Below, in pieces: positions 57,026-64,000 of a stretch of 64,000 nt of DNA. The notes below the pieces were generated by a model. It ran no database searches. It was not told where the DNA came from and worked only from the letters and a program-made list of their open reading frames with translations. How positions within the stretch are numbered: the first letter of the stretch is position 1; the number at the start of each line of letters is the position of its first letter. Both the position numbers and the translations under genes were made by a program. The DNA comes from Candidatus Woesearchaeota archaeon (GTDB lineage Archaea > Nanobdellota > Nanobdellia > Woesearchaeales > GW2011-AR4), in assembly GCA_016187465.1 (NCBI GenBank), contig JACPJQ010000005.1, forward strand, positions 163,183 to 227,182, written 5' to 3'.

Positions 57026-59598
57026 GCAAGAATAAGTTAACTTGGATTATTGTATTGTTTTTGATAAGTGTATTAACATTGCCAATAGCTTATGCGCAGG
57101 AATTTAAGGGGAGTAAATTATTTTTTGTCTTAATCAATGCAGCGATTATTTTTATTGTATTGTTTTTATTGCAGTCATTTTTAGTCCCTGGAAAAACCGA
57201 CAAGGAAAAGACTTCTGTCTGGGTGATAATGATACTTGCGTCCCTGCTGCTTGGATACTTCTTTGGGCAGAATGGATTCCTGTGGGAAGGGCCGTTAAAG
57301 TGGATATTCAACATTTTTGTATTGGTAAATTCAATGATAATAGCAGCAGTGTTGTATTTTGTGCTTGGATTGTTAAAAATACAGAATCTGCAGTCTACAG
57401 AAGGAAAAACTGGCTACGGCATTTTGATATTCTTATTTTCAGTGATGATTGCGATTAACATAGCCCCTGATAAGTTCATATGGAATGAAGAATTTGTAAG
57501 AAGCTCGTTTGCATTCTTGTTTTCACCAGAAAGAGGCATTCTAAATCCAAAGAGCGGACTGCTGGTTTTTGTAACCAGCTTTATTTTGATAGCTTTCTTC
57601 TTCAATCAATTCTTGTTGAAACAAGGAGACAAAAAACTGAATTACGCATTAGCTCTTGTATTCGCAGTTAATCTTGCAATGCCTCCTGTAAATCCAATTA
57701 AAGATGTGGTCCAAATGGGAGAAATTATATTTATCTTGATTGTATGGGAGACTCTAAAAACCACTGTTCCTCAAGACAAGCCATGGGCTGCTTTCCTGCT
57801 TTCAATTTTATTAGTAGGATGGGCATCAGCTGCGCTTACAATAAACACTCCGGAAAACAGGGGCGCTGTTGCACAAATGATATGCCACACTGGATTTGTC
57901 AACTGCAAAGAATTAGCTGGCACGGCTGCTGCAAACGGCGGGTTTTTGGGAATGTCAAAAATGACCTTGATATTGATACTTATCGCATTAGCTATCTTCT
58001 GGCCATTTGGGGGCGAAAAAGGCAAGAAATTAAGCGGATGGGGAATCGGCATAGGATTGGTTGGCTTGATTCTGCTTTACATGTGGAGTTCAGGAGTCGG
58101 AGTTATAGGAAAGATTGGATTGGGGATTGCGCTACTCGTAGCAATTATCGCAGCGATTTTGTATTTCATGGGCAGATGTGAAACCATAAAAAGAATTTTG
58201 ACTTTGGGCGTAGCTGGGGCTAAAGAAAGAATAAATGCCATAATTAAAAATGCTAAGTTTTTGAGAGAATCCCCTGAAGGCAGAGAACCACAAGTTTTCA
58301 GAGAAAATAGAATATTATTCCACATGCTTGCAAACTTTACAACAAGGTCAGAAATAACTTACAGGTATTGGGGTTTTGTTGAGCAGGCAAAAAGAGTAGG
58401 AACTCAAGTACTAAATAAAATGGGCGTATTCACATACGATCAAAAAACCCTTAGACAAGACATAATCAAAGCGAGGAGTGGTGGTGTTACAAGTCAAGGT
58501 GCACACTTAGACGGTTGGAATAAATTAAACATAGAAGTAGTTGATTTAGTAAATTCGTATTTTGAACTGACATTCTGGGTTTATGTATCTGCCTTGTTTA
58601 ACTTTAAGGATAAAACTGCTGGAAATTTTAAATCTGAAATTAATGAATACAATAGGAGTATATCAACGTCTGCCCTCAATATTGAACAAAAAATAGAAAC
58701 TTCAAGAACAAATTATAACCTAATGACTAATGCTTTTGGTGGACATCATGTGCTAAATGCTTACAAAGGTATAATATTGAATATGACTAATGTAACTGGT
58801 GACGTGCTTGAGCATTATCAAAAATTTGCAAGATCAAGTGCAGAATTTGAAGGTAATCCGCGAGGTAGGGATATTGGCTTTTATGGTCCAAGTTTCAAAG
58901 CAGAAGGTCGAAGAGACCCTCAAACTGGAATAATTTTGCCAATTCATGAAGTAAATCAGTTTGGAGAGTACATACAAGACATTACAGATCAAAGAGATAA
59001 ATTTGGTAATTTACCAGATCCTAGAGATTATAAAAAGCCAAGGAAAGTAAAGCCAGAAGACATTATAGATTATCCAGATTACACTACTCTTATGGCAAAT
59101 GTAGAGTTAGATTGGAAGGGTTTAGCAGAAGACATAAGATACGGGTTATGGCATCCAGAAAGTAGAACTTTTCAGATGTATAAACAAGCTTTGGGTAAAG
59201 CTATTTACCCTGAATGGGCTGATGAGCAAATACCCATCCTGGGACCAACTGGCAGGATAGAAAGTTCCCCAAGTACAGGAGATGAAGCATTTGATATGCG
59301 TGCTTTAGCAAATCCCGGCTTACACCCTTATTGGGGAAGAAAAACATTTGATGCAGAATCACCCCCAAGTAAAAATGATCCATTTCATAATCCATTCCCG
59401 GGAGTTTCCTCATTAGGTCTTGCGAAATATTTAGAAGAACGTGTAGGGCTTGATATGAAAGACAAGGCAAAAGCACAAGAGTTTATGAATAAATATCATA
59501 GAGATTCAGCAGCTCCAAAAAAGGTAACTGTTAAAGGGGAAGTAAAAGTAAAAATAGGCACTCGCCTAGGATTAACACAAAAAGAAACCCAAGGGTGA
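57022..59598 (+). CDS. Polytopic membrane protein with large soluble C-terminal domain of unknown function
   Basis: About 12 hydrophobic segments; C-terminal domain shared with 61405..63669; ATGA overlap with the ATPase gene. Confidence 0.85.
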   Translation: MSKNKLTWIIVLFLISVLTLPIAYAQEFKGSKLFFVLINAAIIFIVLFLLQSFLVPGKTDKEKTSVWVIMILASLLLGYFFGQNGFLWEGPLKWIFNIFVLVNSMIIAAVLYFVLGLLKIQNLQSTEGKTGYGILIFLFSVMIAINIAPDKFIWNEEFVRSSFAFLFSPERGILNPKSGLLVFVTSFILIAFFFNQFLLKQGDKKLNYALALVFAVNLAMPPVNPIKDVVQMGEIIFILIVWETLKTTVPQDKPWAAFLLSILLVGWASAALTINTPENRGAVAQMICHTGFVNCKELAGTAAANGGFLGMSKMTLILILIALAIFWPFGGEKGKKLSGWGIGIGLVGLILLYMWSSGVGVIGKIGLGIALLVAIIAAILYFMGRCETIKRILTLGVAGAKERINAIIKNAKFLRESPEGREPQVFRENRILFHMLANFTTRSEITYRYWGFVEQAKRVGTQVLNKMGVFTYDQKTLRQDIIKARSGGVTSQGAHLDGWNKLNIEVVDLVNSYFELTFWVYVSALFNFKDKTAGNFKSEINEYNRSISTSALNIEQKIETSRTNYNLMTNAFGGHHVLNAYKGIILNMTNVTGDVLEHYQKFARSSAEFEGNPRGRDIGFYGPSFKAEGRRDPQTGIILPIHEVNQFGEYIQDITDQRDKFGNLPDPRDYKKPRKVKPEDIIDYPDYTTLMANVELDWKGLAEDIRYGLWHPESRTFQMYKQALGKAIYPEWADEQIPILGPTGRIESSPSTGDEAFDMRALANPGLHPYWGRKTFDAESPPSKNDPFHNPFPGVSSLGLAKYLEERVGLDMKDKAKAQEFMNKYHRDSAAPKKVTVKGEVKVKIGTRLGLTQKETQG

Positions 59599-61388
59599 AG
59601 AAAATAGCAGAACAAACTAATACAGTAACAGAAAAAAACCCTGAAAAGGGCACAGGGCAATTAAGCAAAATAGGTAGGGCATTAAATATTTTTAATATAA
59701 TTACTCCTCTTACAGATTCGATTGAGAGGATAGTTGAAATAAAAGAAAAATATCAAGTTATGCTATACGAACCTGAATTTTTATTCAAGTACAGAAAAGA
59801 TTTAGTAGTATTTTTAATTGCTTTTAGATTGTATAATGATTATAGGTTGTCAAAGCCAATAAAACTAGGTGAGGTCAAAAATAATATCGAAAAAATAAGA
59901 TTGTATGATATAGAATTAGCTGAAAATATTGAAAGGATATTTCCCCTTGTTGAAAAAGAAACTAGAATTTTTTCAGATTTGCTTGATGCTCTTAGAAATG
60001 GAAAGGAATATTTTGTTTCTTACATATCAACACACTTAACAGAATTAATTGCAAAAGCAAAATCGATTAATGACGAAAAATTATCAAAGCAATTTGTTAT
60101 TTTGTTTTCTTCAATAAGTGGTCATGAGGTTGAGTACCTAATAAGGTATAGAAATGATTGTGATAATTGGCCAAATTATGCTATAGCAAACAGTATAGAC
60201 TTTTTCATAAGAAGGGTTAATTTGTTCTTAAAAGGTGGATTAGATAATAACATACAATTTATGGGGTTATATAAAGACTTTGGAGATGTAGAATTAACAC
60301 AAAAAATACTAAGCGATAACGCAGTGAGAAACTTATGGCGTTATATTGAGCAAATGAGGTACATAAATACCTTAATTGGTTTATGTAAGGAATCAGAAGT
60401 GAGTGGAAAATGGGAAGGATTTTTCGGGAATGATGGATTCTGGGGCAGGGAAGGGGACGCAAAAGGAAAAAATTTTGATAATTATGCTGATGAATTCGGA
60501 AAAAAGTATGGAAATTCTGATTTTGCAGAATATTTAAAATTACAAAAATTACAAATTGGCGAAAACCCAGAAGCATGGGGTGGAGAATGGAAAGATAATG
60601 TTTTAGTAAAAGACGGAGTCTTACCACAATTATTGAGAAAACTTCAACATCCCTCATATCAAAGACAAAAGAGTATATTTCCAGCTTCTTTAGCGTTACA
60701 TAGGATTTTGAAAGAGAGAGAAGATGAACTAAAAGCAAAAAGAGACAAATTTGTAGATGGACTTATTAAGCTATTGCAAGAAGCAGAAGGCATTGGTATT
60801 GCGAGAGAAAAACTCATTAAAAAATTATCTAGGTTGTTAAAGAAGAAAAAGATAGTCTTGCTTAAAGAATTAAATAAAGATATGGCGGAATTTGTAAGCA
60901 AAATTAAACTCCAATTTGTTGATTATGCCACTCTTTCAGAAGAGCAAGACAAAATTCTCGACAAGATGACTGCTTATTATATAGGAAATGTAACAGGCAG
61001 GCTTGTTGCTGCTGCAAAAAAACAACTTGCTTATGAACAACAGCAACTTTCTACAGGTCAATTTTTAAGAAAAGGGGACATTCGCGGACTTGCATTCATA
61101 GATGTAGCTGATAAATTAGCTAAAGATTTAAAAGCTAAAAAACTACAATATGAAAGATTTGAGCATGTAAGCGATGAAGATTTTGCATATCTTCAAAACT
61201 CGATTTCAAAACTTAGAGGAATAGTAAAAGAAATCGGTGGCATTTATGATTATACGAGATTTAAACTTGGACAGAGGTATATAATAAAATTTGAAGATTT
61301 TGAAGTATTACAATTTGATTATAATAGGATAAAAAACATACATTTTGAATTCGGATATGTTAAGAAAATGATTGACAGATTAATTTAA
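59595..61388 (+). CDS. Helical/coiled-coil hypothetical protein
   Basis: 597-aa ORF with GTGA overlap to the upstream gene. Confidence 0.8.
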   Translation: MKKIAEQTNTVTEKNPEKGTGQLSKIGRALNIFNIITPLTDSIERIVEIKEKYQVMLYEPEFLFKYRKDLVVFLIAFRLYNDYRLSKPIKLGEVKNNIEKIRLYDIELAENIERIFPLVEKETRIFSDLLDALRNGKEYFVSYISTHLTELIAKAKSINDEKLSKQFVILFSSISGHEVEYLIRYRNDCDNWPNYAIANSIDFFIRRVNLFLKGGLDNNIQFMGLYKDFGDVELTQKILSDNAVRNLWRYIEQMRYINTLIGLCKESEVSGKWEGFFGNDGFWGREGDAKGKNFDNYADEFGKKYGNSDFAEYLKLQKLQIGENPEAWGGEWKDNVLVKDGVLPQLLRKLQHPSYQRQKSIFPASLALHRILKEREDELKAKRDKFVDGLIKLLQEAEGIGIAREKLIKKLSRLLKKKKIVLLKELNKDMAEFVSKIKLQFVDYATLSEEQDKILDKMTAYYIGNVTGRLVAAAKKQLAYEQQQLSTGQFLRKGDIRGLAFIDVADKLAKDLKAKKLQYERFEHVSDEDFAYLQNSISKLRGIVKEIGGIYDYTRFKLGQRYIIKFEDFEVLQFDYNRIKNIHFEFGYVKKMIDRLI

Positions 61389-61404
61389 TTTGAGGTGAGA
61401 GGAG

Positions 61405-63669
61405 ATGGTTGAGCCAAATCAACAACAGCAAACTGAAGAACCTAAATTTCAATTGTTTAAGCCTTCAGAATGGCCTGGATTTGCATGGAATTGGTTTTGG
61501 AGACTTCCTGGCATAAGAAGATTTAGAGTTGGCAGAGCAAAAGTTGGTGAGAGATATCCACAAATATTGTATGATCTACGTAAAACATGGTTCCCAAAAA
61601 ATAAGTCTTGGTTTGAGACTAAGCTGGAAACAATTGAAGAATTTTGGAAGGTAATGGGAAACTTCTATGGAGATGGGAATGACGAAACTGATGAGTCTAG
61701 CTTACTTGGTAACCCAGATGGAATTGTAAGGTTTTATCAAGATTTGGGTGTCTACTCAGATATAGAGAGAGTTAGAATTGAAGCTAATTGGTTCCAAGTT
61801 GGAACTGGTTATGCGCTAGAAAATATTACAACGAATCTGCCCAACGACCCAAATTTTTGGGCTAGATTTGGATGGAACAAAAGAGAAAATATAATTGAAG
61901 TGATAAACAACCCTGAACGCTTAAAAAGTTTACTAATTGAAAGGGTAAGACTATCCCATGGAACTGTCCACCACGAAGGAAAAAAGGAATATGAAGAAGA
62001 ACTTTATTGTTTTGGATTTCCAAACGCCGAACAATTAGCAAATAGAATTAATAAGTATAATGATAACATGGAGAGAATAATGCTGGACCTAGGCATCGAC
62101 GCAGATTTAAGAGGTGCGAAAACTAGAGCAGCAGGTGTACTTCAGCATTTAATAAATAAAATTGCTGAAATAGAAAAGGAAACTTTCGTTTATCTATCTG
62201 GGGAAGAAGGGAAAAGTGGATTAAGTGGTAAAATTACCACATACCAACAAAAGTGGGAAGATTTGGTAAATAAGTTAAGTCCAGAATCTAAAAAAATTGG
62301 AGTTATAAGATTTTCACATACTTATAGAATAATAAAACAATATAATACATTAGAGATTGAGGAAAGGATAACAATAAGAAATAGGATAGTGATGGACGAA
62401 GAAGGAAACGCTATAAGAGAATCCACTAAAAAAAGAAAAGTGACGATGAAATTAAAACAGGATAAGGACATCTATAAAGAAGAAGAGGATGAATTAAACG
62501 AAAAGATTAAGGAATTAAAAAAAGATTTAAACCAAAATCGAATACCTATAGAACAGATAGAACGGTATAATTTAAGAATGAAGATGTATGAACAAAGGTT
62601 AGATGATATAAAGAATATAATCAATAAGGCTGATATAATACGCCAAACTATACCAAAAGTAAATCGAAATGATTTTTGGCAAAGATCTGAAGAATTAGGA
62701 TTTGGCTTAGACGAGAATGGTTATCCACTTGAAATAGATCCAAAGACTGGAGAAGTGTTAATTGATGGATGGTGGAGTGAAATAGCTCAAAATGAATGGC
62801 AACTTAAAACAATAGCAAGTAAGCCTGGAGGTTTAGAATATTTAAAAAAACATTTAGATGGTTTTGAAGCAAGAATCGGTGGGCCTCGTGGTAAACCAGA
62901 AGTTGAGATTGTAAACAATGGTTCAAGACTTATAAGGTATCTAAAAGATGAACGATTTTATGGATATGTAGATTTATTAGAATTGGGACATATAATTTTT
63001 AGTGACTGGGATTCTTTCAGAGATGATTTAAGGGATGGAAGATTCCATCCACACTCAAAAAGTGCAGGAGATTATGTAATAGAAGCTATGGGTAATTTTG
63101 ACGAACAACTTGGAGCGCCTTACTTTAAGGGTTGGTATTTAGCCAGGAGTAAAGGCATTGGTGGAATAAGAAGAAGGGGGGTTATACCTTTAGGTACTAC
63201 TGGTATATACGCAAACGTTGCAGATAAGAATGTGTTGACAAAGGCTAGACCCGACAAGGAATTCTTAGGTATAAATTTTAATAAAGTGCCTAAAGAAGAA
63301 AGAGCTATAACACGAAACTACAAAATGAGAATGCCAGATGGTAGTTTTATTGAAGGGGAAAGAAAACCAACTAAGTACAATCCAGCATTCGATAGACGTG
63401 CCGAAAATTTGGATTATGTGTACTGGGGAAGAATGTACTGGTATGAGTGGATTAGTGCTGTGGGCAGATGGTCAGAAAACCCATTTCCACACATAACAAC
63501 AAGAGGAATTGCATTATATATTGCGCATCTTGTAGCTACAGATGTCTGGAATTATAAAGACGCCGAAGATGCTTTAGAAGGTCATAAATTTGATTATGGC
63601 GTTAGAGGCCAAGGGGAGTATGGTTATGTGAACCCATTAAGCGGTAAAGGCATTTTACAAGAAAACTGA
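61405..63669 (+). CDS. Large hypothetical protein with coiled coil and conserved C-terminal domain
   Basis: 754 aa; SD GAGGTGA; DLRDGRFHPHS, AFDRRA, YWGR, NPFP. Confidence 0.85.
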   Translation: MVEPNQQQQTEEPKFQLFKPSEWPGFAWNWFWRLPGIRRFRVGRAKVGERYPQILYDLRKTWFPKNKSWFETKLETIEEFWKVMGNFYGDGNDETDESSLLGNPDGIVRFYQDLGVYSDIERVRIEANWFQVGTGYALENITTNLPNDPNFWARFGWNKRENIIEVINNPERLKSLLIERVRLSHGTVHHEGKKEYEEELYCFGFPNAEQLANRINKYNDNMERIMLDLGIDADLRGAKTRAAGVLQHLINKIAEIEKETFVYLSGEEGKSGLSGKITTYQQKWEDLVNKLSPESKKIGVIRFSHTYRIIKQYNTLEIEERITIRNRIVMDEEGNAIRESTKKRKVTMKLKQDKDIYKEEEDELNEKIKELKKDLNQNRIPIEQIERYNLRMKMYEQRLDDIKNIINKADIIRQTIPKVNRNDFWQRSEELGFGLDENGYPLEIDPKTGEVLIDGWWSEIAQNEWQLKTIASKPGGLEYLKKHLDGFEARIGGPRGKPEVEIVNNGSRLIRYLKDERFYGYVDLLELGHIIFSDWDSFRDDLRDGRFHPHSKSAGDYVIEAMGNFDEQLGAPYFKGWYLARSKGIGGIRRRGVIPLGTTGIYANVADKNVLTKARPDKEFLGINFNKVPKEERAITRNYKMRMPDGSFIEGERKPTKYNPAFDRRAENLDYVYWGRMYWYEWISAVGRWSENPFPHITTRGIALYIAHLVATDVWNYKDAEDALEGHKFDYGVRGQGEYGYVNPLSGKGILQEN

Positions 63670-63820
63670 TTTTTGCATTTGAAGATTACTCCCAAAAACC
63701 CCCACTCCCAACCCCTGCCCTTGCTGAAATGATAACATCCTAACTTTGATGTCTGGCATCATTAAACTTAAAGACAAGCGATAATTATTTAAAAAACGGT
63801 CATATTATTGCTAATTTATC

Positions 63821-64000
63821 ATGAAAGAAGAAGTAAGGAGATGGATGAAGCAGGCTCAGGAAGATTATGAAACTGCAAAATTTAATTTTGATGGAAAGAA
63901 ATATAAGTCCGCAGCTTTTTGGTGCCAACAATCTGCAGAAAAAGCGTTTAAAGCATTGCTAATAAAGAAAACAAATGAATTCCCTAGGATTCATGATTTG
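63821..64000 (+). CDS. HEPN-domain protein, partial
   Basis: WMKQAQEDYETA...AAFWCQQSAEKAFKALL...PRIHDL. Confidence 0.9.
   Translation, partial: MKEEVRRWMKQAQEDYETAKFNFDGKKYKSAAFWCQQSAEKAFKALLIKKTNEFPRIHDL

Noticed and set aside
57744..58181. 145-aa alternate-frame ORF and many other short nested or antisense ORFs
   Set aside because: They lie within well-supported genes and show no independent coding signal
1..64000. CRISPR array, cas genes, rRNA, integrase or transposase
   Set aside because: No regularly spaced repeats or recognisable motifs seen

Overview
Archaeal chromosomal segment, most likely from a DPANN (Woesearchaeota-like) organism. This rests on archaeal-type ValRS, CysRS and GlyRS, an RFC large subunit, a BHB-intron tRNA, TATA-type promoters and the orphan-rich, TA-rich gene content; the lineage call is inference. 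From left to right: (1-12 kb) a minus-strand cluster of large secreted or pilin-like proteins that includes a lytic transglycosylase; (12-23 kb) a Cys-rich micro-ORF, a two-intron tRNA-Cys, cysS, valS, rfcL, transporters and glyS; (23-28 kb) a small defence-like island with a three-gene caspase-like protease cassette, an R-M remnant and MazG plus DUF2075 helicase; (28-36 kb) two class II ribonucleotide reductases with NrdR-like boxes, a stand-alone C-terminal zinc-ribbon gene, cobO, an HNH gene and TA modules; (36-51 kb) repair, metal-uptake and redox housekeeping genes; (51-64 kb) more TA modules, a tandem RHH + Mpv17/PMP22-like duplication, and an ATPase-led operon of three large orphan proteins, two of which share a domain I do not recognise. 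Best leads: the Cys leader peptide, the caspase-like cassette, the archaeal lytic transglycosylase, the ATPase-orphan operon and the possible split or variant NrdJ. All family calls come from motif recognition by eye, with no database searches.
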